Made by a program: the position numbers and the translations under genes. From a virus (Duplodnaviria; Caudoviricetes), in IMG/VR virus record IMGVR_UViG_3300030085_001554, positions 1 through 60,508 of that record: a stretch of DNA of 60,508 nucleotides; one strand, given 5' to 3'. Below, one piece after another: positions 24,788 to 35,177 of the stretch (its first letter is position 1; every line of letters starts with the position of its first letter). The notes below the pieces were generated by a model. It was given only the letters and a program-made list of their open reading frames with translations. It did no database searches and had not been told where the DNA came from.

Positions 24788-27246
24788 TATCTACCGGGTA
24801 CTATAGTGGTAAATCCTTGCTCCACCAAAGTTTTGTTTATAAATCCGTTTCTGTCTAGGGCACTTGTAAGACTCATGGTTCTATTAGCTCCCGGGCCTGT
24901 AAGCACTGTAACCTTGTCGTCTTCAATATTTACCTCAAACGATATGCGTCCCCCTTCAGGGAGTGCGGGGTTTGCGTTAGGAGGAAGTATCGCCGTTAAG
25001 ATAGGAGCGGCGACACCGTGCTGTCTTTGCACCAAAGCTTGTCTGTAGAAGGAAGCTCCCATACTAGCATACCAGTTGTTTATTCCCGGTGCTCCAGTGA
25101 TTTGAGACATAGGGATATGGGCTACTACAGGTATTCTGTCTTTACCTACTTCATAGGTCAGTTCCAGTGTTGGACCAGCAGGGCCGGGGCTTGCAGGATT
25201 AAATCTTACTTCTCCTACAGATACAATTCTTTCTGATCCTCTTTCACCGACGGTCAAACCTTGTTCTTCCATTATCTCATCAAATCCAACAAGGCGCCCT
25301 GTTCTCTGGCTGACAAATGCTTCTCCTCTTGCATGCGGATTAGTCTTAGCAAACAAGTCATTGAGTTGATCCATCTCTCCCTTAGTCATTCCCAAAAGAT
25401 TAGTGCTGACTGTGGGAGTATACTGTCTGGTTGACATGCCTTCTATGTACTCATTTAACTGTTCGTCAGACTTTTCTAGTGCATCCTGGATACTGTTTGA
25501 GATTCCAGTTTTTGGTGAGAACAACATTTCGATAATATCTGCAGAGCGTCCTAAGCCCCCACCTCCAGTAACTCCGAAGGTTTCGTTAAAGAATTGTCCA
25601 AACCCTTCAGGGTGTGATGAATCCTGGAGGAGGTCATAGTTGTATCCTCCCCACCAAGCTGCAAGCCTACCGTACTCTCTAGGATCAACTCCTGGATCGG
25701 CAAACATACTTGCTTCGTACTCATTTAGATACGAGTGCAGATATGCAAGTGCCGTTGCATTGTCTACGTTGTACTGTTGTTTTATCCCTCGTATTATTTC
25801 TGGGATTCTGTCATGTGATTCCATGGCAGATTGTACTCTTGCTTCGGGCGTCTCACCAGTTGCGTTTCCTGCTTCCTCCAACAACACATTAAGTGCGTGC
25901 TCTTCGGCTAATAGCTCTTGTTGCGCTGCTTTTGCTCTGTTAAACAAAGCTACTTCATCTGGCTCAGCGCCACCTTTGGCATTGATAAAGTCTTGGGCGG
26001 TCATTGTACGAAGCTGATCAAACGTAAGACCGGGGAGTATTTCGTCATAATACCCAGCTTCAGACATTTGAGCTTTTCTCCGCTCTACTTCCTTCATGCT
26101 AGATCGCTTGGTATATAAGCTGACTCCGCTTGGAGAGATGTACTCAGCAACTTCTCCTGGCGCAGATATAGCTACATTTTGTCCAACGCCCCCGCTAGCC
26201 TCGATAGTCTTAAGGTACTTCTGGTCCCATGTGACTATTCTAGAGTCTTTGGTTGGGGAGAAGTAAGCGAATCTAGACTCAGCCGCGTCTCTGTACCCAT
26301 TTTCAATACGCTGCATTTCAAGTGCTTGTATCATCTGACGAGAGCGGTCCACATCTGCTGTGGCCAACTGACCAGCGGTTTGTCTGACTTGAGATGCGTA
26401 AGCTGCAGCTACTTCTCTTTGTTCTTCGCTTAGGTTAGAGTCTTCTGCCATCTCATCATATCGAGCAGCTTCGCTTTCGAACTGGTTCATGTACTGAAGC
26501 TTTGTGGCTTCTACCTGCTCTGGATCGGCCATCCCGTAACGAATCTCTGCCTTTCTAGCCATGTACTCCCGCACCTGCCCGTCAGACATTACCATGTTCA
26601 TTACCTCCTGTACTCTCTCAGCAGAAACAGTTTTGTAGCCTTTCTCTGTTTTTACAGTGTAGACTCCGTCAGGTCCTACTACTCCAACGTCTTGGCGCGT
26701 GACGTTATGCTCTTCGGCTACAATGCCTTTAAGTGCTTCGTTGATGCGCTTTTCTATTTCTGGGTCCTGCACCATAGTAACTCCAACAAAGGGGTTGCTA
26801 TAGTTTCCTTGAGCATCTCTTTGTAGGCCAGTGTACCCATACTGCGAAAGAGCAAGCGTGCCTTCGTAATCTTCGTAGTCTATTTTGCCTTCTTCGTATG
26901 CTTCTTTCAGCCCCGTCTGATATGCACTGTACAGCTCGTAGTTCTGCTTGATTGGGGCAGACTCCATGTTGTACTTTCGAGCTGCATTCATGACAGGAAC
27001 AGTCATGTTCTCGTAGTCACCTCTCTTTGAGATACCTGTAAGAGTTTGATTGGTGCTGTTTACGAGCTCATCGCGATACTGCATATCTGTAGCAAACGGA
27101 GCAGCTTGGAGATTCATCATCTCCTGCTCTACTAACGATGCATTCTCGTAGTTAGTCAAGAATCTTTGACGCAGCTGCTCAGCAATCTCCGTAGACATAG
27201 GATCTACGAACTGCGTTAGGGGCTTATATAGAGAACGGTATGCCAT
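24787..27246 (-). CDS. Putative virion cargo protein (819 aa)
   Basis: Synteny between muzzle and RNAP, helical N-terminal half, TAATG coupling at both ends. Confidence 0.55.
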   Translation of the reverse strand: MAYRSLYKPLTQFVDPMSTEIAEQLRQRFLTNYENASLVEQEMMNLQAAPFATDMQYRDELVNSTNQTLTGISKRGDYENMTVPVMNAARKYNMESAPIKQNYELYSAYQTGLKEAYEEGKIDYEDYEGTLALSQYGYTGLQRDAQGNYSNPFVGVTMVQDPEIEKRINEALKGIVAEEHNVTRQDVGVVGPDGVYTVKTEKGYKTVSAERVQEVMNMVMSDGQVREYMARKAEIRYGMADPEQVEATKLQYMNQFESEAARYDEMAEDSNLSEEQREVAAAYASQVRQTAGQLATADVDRSRQMIQALEMQRIENGYRDAAESRFAYFSPTKDSRIVTWDQKYLKTIEASGGVGQNVAISAPGEVAEYISPSGVSLYTKRSSMKEVERRKAQMSEAGYYDEILPGLTFDQLRTMTAQDFINAKGGAEPDEVALFNRAKAAQQELLAEEHALNVLLEEAGNATGETPEARVQSAMESHDRIPEIIRGIKQQYNVDNATALAYLHSYLNEYEASMFADPGVDPREYGRLAAWWGGYNYDLLQDSSHPEGFGQFFNETFGVTGGGGLGRSADIIEMLFSPKTGISNSIQDALEKSDEQLNEYIEGMSTRQYTPTVSTNLLGMTKGEMDQLNDLFAKTNPHARGEAFVSQRTGRLVGFDEIMEEQGLTVGERGSERIVSVGEVRFNPASPGPAGPTLELTYEVGKDRIPVVAHIPMSQITGAPGINNWYASMGASFYRQALVQRQHGVAAPILTAILPPNANPALPEGGRISFEVNIEDDKVTVLTGPGANRTMSLTSALDRNGFINKTLVEQGFTTIVPGR

Positions 27247-29963
27247 TATCTTCTTCTTCTTCTGACCCCTCCCAATCTACGAACATATCCGCCTCGCTTT
27301 TGGGTAGTTGTCTCTTCGTTAGTTTCAGGAGTAGTTCCTGTAGCTTGTATCACCGCGTTTGCTCTGCGTTGATTCTGCATATTCCACGTGGGTGCACCTT
27401 GTTCGTAAGCTCTAGCAATCTCCTCACGAATTTGCATGTCAGTCATGCCGTAGTATGGGGAGTTCTTACGCCGAGCTTGCCGCTTTGCATTTTCAAACGA
27501 TACTTGTCTGTCGTATTCGTTGTCTATTTGGTATGCTCTAGCTGCACGATCTTCTGATTTGTATGCACGCATATCATTGGAGAACTGTGCAAGGTTAGTT
27601 CCCAACTGATTGAAAGCAAGCATACGCTTCTCGTATTCGTTTTGATCACGCTGGTTCTGCGAAGCTGCGTTGAATTGTCTAGCACGTGCAACTTGGTCAG
27701 CATCAAACTGAGAAGCTTGCAGATTAGACAGCTCTTCTTGCGCGGCAAGCTGCTTGTTCTGTCTAGCCTCTTGTGTAGCTATATCAATGTTGCCCTGTCT
27801 CTGCTTGTCAATTGTTGCCATCTGTGCAGCTATTGCACCAGGGCCGGCTGCGTTGTTCTGTATGAACTTGTTAGCTGCATTAGTTGAACCTGCAAGTGCT
27901 GCACGCTCAGCATTGAAGTTGACACGAGGTAATTTAATACGTCCAGTAACTGGAGCAGCAATTGTGTTGGGCTGCGGGTACTTACTAGTTAGCTCTGCCA
28001 TCGGACCGATCAGCTGGTACGGAAGAACGACGTCCCTTCTTTCTCTAGGAAGGTCCATAACAGGAGTGTCATCCGGAGTGTCTCCTTGTTCTTCTGTGTC
28101 CTGCGTAATTATTTCTTGCTCTGGAGTGTCTGTAGGAATAGGCTCAGGGTCATCAGTAGGCATTTCCTCGCTTCTTCTATACGGGATATAAGCACTTACA
28201 GTTTGCTCCCCAACTTTGCCGTCTACCTTAATCCTAGACTCTTCTGGCACCTTTTCGTTGTATGCCTTTTGGAATGCCTTAACGTCTTCTGGATCAGTAG
28301 GATCAAAGTCTTCCCAGCCGTCATACCACGGATTGTTGGCTTTGAGATCTTCTACCTCATCCATAGTAACTTGATCTCCGTCTGCTCTGCGGTAGAGTCC
28401 TTCGTCAGTTCTGCTCTGTCCTTCAGGGAAGTCACGTGCATACGCTAGATCTGGCGCCAAGCTGTACTCATCAATCATCTCTGGATTTGGGATGACTCCT
28501 TCCTCTACTTCTCCTCCGACTTGCATGATGTTATTAGGGTCACGAGGACCATTTTCATCTCTTCCTGCGTTGTTTGCCACCCGCTCTTGCATCTTAGCAA
28601 GCTCCTGTATTTTCTTTTGGCTACCTCCAGCAGCAAGAAGCTCTTTGTGTCTAGCAGCAAATGTCTTACCTCCTAGCTTGAGGTAATCAGAAAAGATGTA
28701 GTCTCCAGCTTTACCGCCGTTATTTTTCATCTTAACCTTGTCCATAGTTTCGCCTCCCTCAACTTCAGTGTTTTCGTCTAGCATGATACCACCCTGAGAG
28801 TGCTTGGGCCCAACAAACTCTACAGCACCACCTGGCAAGGGGCGCATATAACCACCTGCTTGAGCTTTTGCTCTTTGCATCTGCTCTTCAGTAGGCGCAC
28901 CCTTTTCTCCCTTACTACGCATTTTCTCACCACGTGCTCTCTTAGCACGGATGTTGGCCCACAGTCCACCTCCCTGCATCTGATAACCAGGCAGGTAAGA
29001 ATTAGACATTGAGCTTCCTACGTTGAAGCCCATGTCTTGTCCTGTTGAGAACATAGAGCGATTGAATGCTGCTTGCTCTGCGTTTGCTATCACCCTGTCT
29101 TGAGCTTGTTGTCTAGCTTCTTCTTCTCTTGCTTCCAGCTTTTGCTTACGCTGTCTGAGTAGAGCTGCAGTGCCTCCGACAAGACCTGCCCCAATTAAAC
29201 CGATAGGGTTAGTAAGTCCTATCATCGCTGCTAATCCAACACCGCTACCTGCCCCTGAGAGGAGACGTCCTGCTCCTTCTCCAAAGTTGGTGCGAGTATC
29301 GTCGTCATCGTCAGATACTTTCTCAATGCCTTTACCTGCAAGAGATGCAGCAGCGGCAATAGGTCCAGCACCAATAGAGCTACCAGCAGCGCTAGCAGCA
29401 CTTGCTGCATCAGAAGCGCCTTTACCGTAGTTACCCAAGTTGGTGAGTAGTTCTCCAGTGTCTTTAGATGCTTTGGCTACCTGCCTGGCCGATGCAGTAC
29501 CCTTAGCAATCTTGGCCATACGTGCAGCATTTGCTGCTTTCTTTATGGCCTCCTGTCCAAGATCTTGTCCAAGGTCTGCAGCTCCTTGCTGCATTCCCTG
29601 TTGAAACTGTTGCTGTTCCTGAGCCTCTCTTTGCTTTGCTGCCTCGTCTCTACGCTGTTGCGTTTGCATCACTTCTTGTTGAAGTTGTGCCAACTGCATC
29701 TGAGCCTGATGAGCTCCTGCCATGCCAGACATAGTGCTGGTGTAGCCAGAGGTTGCAGCAGAGGTAGGCATAGCGTATGGGTTACCTCCAGCTTGTAACT
29801 TATCACGCTCCTTCATTAGAGCGTCTAGGTTACTGGGGTAGGGCTTACCTTTTTTGTAGATCTCTGCGATCTGACGGATAAGCTGTGCGCGGCGTCCAGC
29901 ATTCTTACTACCCGAGAGGTACTTCGGGTTGATGTTCATTTTCTTTGATTTCTTCTTGGCCAT
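27246..29963 (-). CDS. Modular virion cargo protein with membrane hairpin and peptidoglycan-binding-like segment (905 aa)
   Basis: GPKHSQGG..EVEGGE..IFSDYLK motif recalled from crAss-like structural proteins. Gly/Ala hydrophobic hairpin near 29158-29275. DVKAFQKAYN..KVDGKVGEQT near 28195-28300. Confidence 0.6.
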   Translation of the reverse strand: MAKKKSKKMNINPKYLSGSKNAGRRAQLIRQIAEIYKKGKPYPSNLDALMKERDKLQAGGNPYAMPTSAATSGYTSTMSGMAGAHQAQMQLAQLQQEVMQTQQRRDEAAKQREAQEQQQFQQGMQQGAADLGQDLGQEAIKKAANAARMAKIAKGTASARQVAKASKDTGELLTNLGNYGKGASDAASAASAAGSSIGAGPIAAAASLAGKGIEKVSDDDDDTRTNFGEGAGRLLSGAGSGVGLAAMIGLTNPIGLIGAGLVGGTAALLRQRKQKLEAREEEARQQAQDRVIANAEQAAFNRSMFSTGQDMGFNVGSSMSNSYLPGYQMQGGGLWANIRAKRARGEKMRSKGEKGAPTEEQMQRAKAQAGGYMRPLPGGAVEFVGPKHSQGGIMLDENTEVEGGETMDKVKMKNNGGKAGDYIFSDYLKLGGKTFAARHKELLAAGGSQKKIQELAKMQERVANNAGRDENGPRDPNNIMQVGGEVEEGVIPNPEMIDEYSLAPDLAYARDFPEGQSRTDEGLYRRADGDQVTMDEVEDLKANNPWYDGWEDFDPTDPEDVKAFQKAYNEKVPEESRIKVDGKVGEQTVSAYIPYRRSEEMPTDDPEPIPTDTPEQEIITQDTEEQGDTPDDTPVMDLPRERRDVVLPYQLIGPMAELTSKYPQPNTIAAPVTGRIKLPRVNFNAERAALAGSTNAANKFIQNNAAGPGAIAAQMATIDKQRQGNIDIATQEARQNKQLAAQEELSNLQASQFDADQVARARQFNAASQNQRDQNEYEKRMLAFNQLGTNLAQFSNDMRAYKSEDRAARAYQIDNEYDRQVSFENAKRQARRKNSPYYGMTDMQIREEIARAYEQGAPTWNMQNQRRANAVIQATGTTPETNEETTTQKRGGYVRRLGGVRRRRR

Positions 29964-29965
29964 GA

Positions 29966-32900
29966 TTATCTAAAGGATTGTCGGAACTTAGTACCCGCTG
30001 CATACAAATATATTAAATTACCAGTTAAGTTGTCGCTAACTAAGCGTACGCCCATAAAATGGTCTACAAACTTCTTCTGGTTGTACCAAACTTTATTATT
30101 GTCTATATAGTTGGCATTTATAGTTCCCTCCTCTGTGAACATAGATGTGTTGACAAGACTTGTAGTAGTTCCTGTATTAAAGTCGTCTTGTACGTTCAGC
30201 TGGTTGTTTGCTAACACTGCAGCTGTGTTGTTAGCCTGCACGCTGAGATCCCTGAAGTCATTGACATACCAGAATCTATCTACTAATCTGGCGTTATTCA
30301 GGTAATAAATGTTCCGTACTCCAGAAACCTGGTGGGTATTGTACGTGTAGAAGGTCGTAAATCCTGGTGAAGTATGTCTGTCTACTTCTGAAGGATACGT
30401 GTTGTTGATGTTGACTACGTCTGCCCAGTACCTAATGTTGGTGAATATCTTGGACGTCCCTGCTTGAGCATTGTCAATATACTCAAACTCGAAGTTGTAG
30501 GTCGTACCGTAGAATACTCCAGGAGCATCTAGGTTAGAGTGCTCCCACACGTTACCCCCACTTCCATTAACCAGTCCGTAGTATTCTTTCTGGTTATTTG
30601 CAAAGATAGCAGGCAGATAGCTGTGTCTGCTGCCCCATACCTTGAGTTCTGGATAGTAGGATATCGTCCATCCATCAGGTTGGAAGCTGGTTCTATCAGA
30701 GAACAAGAATGTTTGTGTTCCCCCTGCTCCTGCTGATGGGAAGTTGCCCGAAAGAGTAATTCCATCATTTGTAATGTTGTCTACAGTGACTGTAAAACCT
30801 CCTGTAAGTATTCCGAGTAAGGCTCCGATGGGAACAAGCTCTTTCTTAGACAGGATGATTCTCTTGTACTTAGGATCGTACGTTGCGTTGAACCCGAAGT
30901 TCTCTGTAGGGGAGTCAAAGTTCAAAGTATTTAGGGAGAAGTCTAGATAGGACTCTATGGCATATGGTATGTTGTCTAAGAACCACTTCTCCATGCCTAG
31001 AGAGCTTACTTCCTCAATGCTCTCTCCCATCATGTACACTCTACGGTCTCTTCGGTTTACAAAGAACTGTCCGAATCTTGTAGTCAAAGAAGCGAACTGA
31101 CAGTCAGTGCCGCCGTAACCCTCTGTGGTTGGGATCATCTCGTCAGGATTCTGCTCGAAGATGTCTCCACTACCAACAAAGGCTTGTGTGTTATCTCCCA
31201 GTCCTAATTGCTGTCTACCTCTAGTCACGAAGAGTGATCGTTCGGTGTGCAAGTAGAGAATGCTGCCTAGAGTAAACAGCTTGGTAATGGGTCCTCTGTT
31301 CTTGGGCAAGTCTTTGAAGTCCAGCGCTAAGAAGAACCTGTACTTATCTTGTATGCTACCGTCGTCCACAGTAGAACGTATTGTTCTGGTGGGGAATGCA
31401 GTAGGGTTAAACAGCTTCTTTGGGAGTGGGGTGGTGACTTTGATGTCCTGCACTGCCGAGTAGTTGTTCATGTACAGCAGATGCTCTGACTTAGTCATAT
31501 CATTATCTGGTCCGTTGAACAAAACATCGGTGCCTATAGACCCATCCCAGAATAAACTTTGTAGTGGTGTTACACCTGCTGCTGTATCTCCCTGGTGTCT
31601 AAACCCGAGAAGATCGTCAGACTCACACAAGAACTGGAATACGGTAGCGTAAGGGTCTACAGCCCTATCTTCTTGCTGTGTGTTAGAGCCATTAACTGAG
31701 TACAGTTGGTATGGGTTAGTGCTCCAGTTATCGCTGTTAGTAGCGTCGGCGTTCGCGTTAGTGAGGAATACAGCCCCAAAGTCTTGGGACGTGGACCGGA
31801 ATGAGTACCTACCCACGTATGTATCTCCCCCGAATACAGTGTCTGTGGACGTAACACCTCTCTGCGTCTTGTCAATTTTCTGGTAGTAGCCTGTCCAAAC
31901 CAAGCGTTGCTGGTCAAACGGCTTGTACACGTTTGTCTTGTATACGCAGAGATTTACCAGATAGACTGCAGGCCAGGCCTGGAAGTCGCTGCCTTGGTTC
32001 GTTACATTTGTTTGGTGCAGTGAAGACTTTAGGCCCCCGTCTTTTACTGAGCTCCACTCTGCTTGAGTCCACCAGTCTATTACACCTGCACTGCTTCCAA
32101 AGTCGCTGCTGAAGTTAGCATGCTGAACCATAGCAGGGAGACCAGACATCAAACCAAGAGCAATACAAGACTCTCCAGCGTAGTGCATCAAGTTGTCTAC
32201 GTTCTTAAACGCTGCACTATCAGTGTTCTTAAGCAGTGTGCTGCCTGTTATGTAGGTCTTACTGTTAGCGTCTAGGACTGCAATGGTTTGGTGGTTGTTA
32301 AGCCAGTACTCGTAGTTGTCGTTGTTAAAATTGTAGCTGCCTAAGATAGCAGGGTTGTTGACGTAGTTCGGGTTGTTGTATCTCTGCGCAACAAGAATAG
32401 ATGTGTAGTAGTTGGCAACACCTGCAGCATCTGCGTTGGGTCCGTCGGTAGTAACTCCTACCGCTCTCTCTGCATTGAACGTACCGCTTCCGTCGTTTGC
32501 CCACTCGTACCAAGACTCATTACCTATCGTGGAGTTTACCCAATCTGAGTCAAGCATGTACTTCAGACCGTCACCTGGCTTCTTCTTGTTCCCTCCAGAC
32601 CACATACGCATGGTCAAGAGCTTCTGCACGTCTATGTGGCTAGCTCCGCTAAGCGTGTGCTTGTTCTTGAGTAGGTTGAAGTCATGGAATGCAAAGACAG
32701 GGAATACCTTTCTTTTCTTGCCATTACCTCCGGGGTAGTCAGATTTGGTAATAACGTTGTTGTACGAAGGCAACTGGCCTTTTAAGAACCAAGCGTCGGA
32801 GTATGGGCCATGAGCTGCAGTGCTCATCCTTGTGCCCGGCACCATGATATCTTCATACCATGCAGGGACGACAACACTTTGACCTATGATGGTCTTCTCT

Positions 32901-34858
32901 TGCTGTGTACGCTTAGCGTAGTAAATCTTAAAGCCTTGTACCTGGTCTCGGATAAAGTCCGGAATCGGGATGTTGTTAAACTTCACCCCTAGGATCTTAA
33001 TGCTTTCAGTAAGATGCAGTCCAGTTACATTGAGATTTGACCCAAATAGATTAGCATTGACACCTCCTGCGTTTAGACTGTCTACAAACGAGTAGTTTAA
33101 GTTCTTGTTCGGGGGCATCTTGTGGTGCCTCACCTTTTCTCCTCGTATGTCTCCTTGGTCTACAGGGTCACCACTGGTTGGGTCAGCTGTAAATCTATCG
33201 AAGTCTGCAGTATCTGGATACAGCTCGTCTTCGTTCTCCCAGAAGCTCATTTCGTTAGAGTACTCAGCCTGTATATACTGTGTATCTGTAACCTGATGCA
33301 GACGTGCGTCTGGGTACATGTCCACAAACTCGTCAAGGTCTAAGTTTATGTCGCTGTTCTTTATCGTGTTTACTATCTGAGCAGTCAGTTCTGAGTTCTC
33401 ATTTACTGTAACTGTCTGACTGCCAGCGCTAAGCAACACTGTAGGCTCTCTACCAGGAATGTGGTATGCGAACGTTTCGGTGCCGTCATTTAGAACAAAC
33501 GATATGTAGAATGCATATACCTCAGATCTCCGGTATCCTCGGTACTGGTGTGACATACGCACATCTTTGTAGCCTTTACGTACATCTGATGCAAAGAAGC
33601 CGTCGTTCAAATCATCAGACTGCAGAGTCTTGTAGATGTCAAAGTCGTCACTGGCTTCTAGCCCTTGGAAGTTAGAATATCCCTCTCGTAAGGTGATAGT
33701 GTGGTATCTCTTGGGGTCAAACTTGGGGACTGTCGTAGCAACAGGAGCTACTGTAATGCTGTTTGCAAACCTCTGGTACCCTATATCACCTCGTGCTTTG
33801 AGGTTGGCTATGTACAGCCTATTGTCCAGCTGCACAAAAGTCTTTGCTGTCTCGTATCGTACAGAATCGATAACTACTTCAGAAATACTCGCACCTGCTG
33901 CCTGTTCTAGTCCGGTGTATGTGATCTCCAGCTGGGCAAAAGCTGCATTGGTCTCTGGGATTTCAACAATCTCAAGTTCATAAGCGAACTCACTAGAACT
34001 CTGGTTAGTCCCACCCCCGAACCGCTGTATGATTACAGGGCGTACATGTGTGTAGTTAGATGGAGCAGGAATATCCACGCTCCAAATAATGGACTTGTTA
34101 GACTGAGAGCCTTGCGGGTCACCAGTAATACTTTCCGTAGGAATGGAGTCTTCATGTTCTGTGACGACGTGCACAGGGTTAGAAGTAGCTAGGTAGTTTG
34201 TACGATTTAGGTCCTCGTCTACATAGGCAAGGGCTAAGTGATACGTACCACTGACTACACCTCCACCTTCTTCTATTCTGATATCACGGAACTCGGGGAT
34301 AAACCCACCATTCAAGAAGAGGTCGAGCTTTTCTACTGTGTAATCCTCGTTGCTGTACAGTCTGCTCTCAGGAGACGTTTGCTGTCTCGTGATGTTAATT
34401 ACCCTGGGTGGATTGAACTCGCTAATGAACTCTATCCCAGTAAGACTCTCAGTTCTTTTTACGAGGTAGTTGTCTGTAAAGTATACCAGTATGTTCCCGT
34501 TGACGTCAATTTTAGACGTAGCTTCAATCGTGTGCGATCGCTGGAAGTTAAGTGCTGCATTTCTGTAGATTATCGTGTTCTGCATCGTTGCAGGGTCCGC
34601 GATAGATATGGCGCATGTTGAGTTACCATTGAGGGTGTAGAGGAAGAAGAGTACAATACGACCATCTTTTAGAGGACACTGCCCTATCATATTATCAACG
34701 ACGAAACCACCTACGTTCGTAAACGCGGTGGTTCCCTGCTCGCTGACTACAGCTCCTTTATGGTAGTACAGGTTGGCATTCAGGGCATCTCGGTATGATC
34801 CCTCTGGTTGGTCAACCCTCTCAGGGTCTTTCACCATACCTGCTATAAACTTCTTCAT
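29966..34858 (-). CDS. Tail stabilisation / muzzle protein (P22 gp10-like, crAss-type)
   Basis: Motifs FIAGMVKD..QPEGSYRDALN, YRRSEVYAFYISFV, FGGDTY and WTISY..WGSRHSY, plus its position before the cargo genes. Confidence 0.75.
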   Translation of the reverse strand: MKKFIAGMVKDPERVDQPEGSYRDALNANLYYHKGAVVSEQGTTAFTNVGGFVVDNMIGQCPLKDGRIVLFFLYTLNGNSTCAISIADPATMQNTIIYRNAALNFQRSHTIEATSKIDVNGNILVYFTDNYLVKRTESLTGIEFISEFNPPRVINITRQQTSPESRLYSNEDYTVEKLDLFLNGGFIPEFRDIRIEEGGGVVSGTYHLALAYVDEDLNRTNYLATSNPVHVVTEHEDSIPTESITGDPQGSQSNKSIIWSVDIPAPSNYTHVRPVIIQRFGGGTNQSSSEFAYELEIVEIPETNAAFAQLEITYTGLEQAAGASISEVVIDSVRYETAKTFVQLDNRLYIANLKARGDIGYQRFANSITVAPVATTVPKFDPKRYHTITLREGYSNFQGLEASDDFDIYKTLQSDDLNDGFFASDVRKGYKDVRMSHQYRGYRRSEVYAFYISFVLNDGTETFAYHIPGREPTVLLSAGSQTVTVNENSELTAQIVNTIKNSDINLDLDEFVDMYPDARLHQVTDTQYIQAEYSNEMSFWENEDELYPDTADFDRFTADPTSGDPVDQGDIRGEKVRHHKMPPNKNLNYSFVDSLNAGGVNANLFGSNLNVTGLHLTESIKILGVKFNNIPIPDFIRDQVQGFKIYYAKRTQQEKTIIGQSVVVPAWYEDIMVPGTRMSTAAHGPYSDAWFLKGQLPSYNNVITKSDYPGGNGKKRKVFPVFAFHDFNLLKNKHTLSGASHIDVQKLLTMRMWSGGNKKKPGDGLKYMLDSDWVNSTIGNESWYEWANDGSGTFNAERAVGVTTDGPNADAAGVANYYTSILVAQRYNNPNYVNNPAILGSYNFNNDNYEYWLNNHQTIAVLDANSKTYITGSTLLKNTDSAAFKNVDNLMHYAGESCIALGLMSGLPAMVQHANFSSDFGSSAGVIDWWTQAEWSSVKDGGLKSSLHQTNVTNQGSDFQAWPAVYLVNLCVYKTNVYKPFDQQRLVWTGYYQKIDKTQRGVTSTDTVFGGDTYVGRYSFRSTSQDFGAVFLTNANADATNSDNWSTNPYQLYSVNGSNTQQEDRAVDPYATVFQFLCESDDLLGFRHQGDTAAGVTPLQSLFWDGSIGTDVLFNGPDNDMTKSEHLLYMNNYSAVQDIKVTTPLPKKLFNPTAFPTRTIRSTVDDGSIQDKYRFFLALDFKDLPKNRGPITKLFTLGSILYLHTERSLFVTRGRQQLGLGDNTQAFVGSGDIFEQNPDEMIPTTEGYGGTDCQFASLTTRFGQFFVNRRDRRVYMMGESIEEVSSLGMEKWFLDNIPYAIESYLDFSLNTLNFDSPTENFGFNATYDPKYKRIILSKKELVPIGALLGILTGGFTVTVDNITNDGITLSGNFPSAGAGGTQTFLFSDRTSFQPDGWTISYYPELKVWGSRHSYLPAIFANNQKEYYGLVNGSGGNVWEHSNLDAPGVFYGTTYNFEFEYIDNAQAGTSKIFTNIRYWADVVNINNTYPSEVDRHTSPGFTTFYTYNTHQVSGVRNIYYLNNARLVDRFWYVNDFRDLSVQANNTAAVLANNQLNVQDDFNTGTTTSLVNTSMFTEEGTINANYIDNNKVWYNQKKFVDHFMGVRLVSDNLTGNLIYLYAAGTKFRQSFR
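29998..30018 (-). promoter_or_regulatory. Putative promoter with -7 box TATATTTG, copy 1 of an exact 21-bp repeat
   Basis: ATTTAATATATTTGTATGCAG on the - strand, about 35 nt upstream of ATG 29963 and identical to 34902-34922. Confidence 0.7.
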
Positions 34859-34901
34859 TATCTATGTATTAGTCTCTAATAATCATGTGCTTTTATTTGG
34901 T

Positions 34902-34922
34902 CTGCATACAAATATATTAAAT
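34902..34922 (-). promoter_or_regulatory. Putative promoter with -7 box TATATTTG, copy 2 of an exact 21-bp repeat
   Basis: Intergenic, about 44 nt upstream of the muzzle ATG, identical to 29998-30018. Confidence 0.75.
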
Positions 34923-34928
34923 CAAAGG

Positions 34929-35177
34929 TTAACTTACTGACTTGCTGTATTCATGCGCATCTTCTAAGCTAAGCATCTCTTCATTATACTTATCTACCCA
35001 ATAGCAGCTGTACTCTGCATGTTCCCCTTCTCCATCATCTTTCCATGTTTCTTTGAATAAGGTGCTTCCGTCAATGTCACTGACTATAGTCTTGCCTGTA
35101 CTAGTTACTGTAGCTGTAGCAGGGATTAAGGTGATGTCAGGACGGTCCTCGTGCTTCGTATTTATTATCTCTGGCAT
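34929..35177 (-). CDS. Hypothetical protein (82 aa)
   Basis: TAATG-coupled to the upstream gene. Confidence 0.6.
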   Translation of the reverse strand: MPEIINTKHEDRPDITLIPATATVTSTGKTIVSDIDGSTLFKETWKDDGEGEHAEYSCYWVDKYNEEMLSLEDAHEYSKSVS

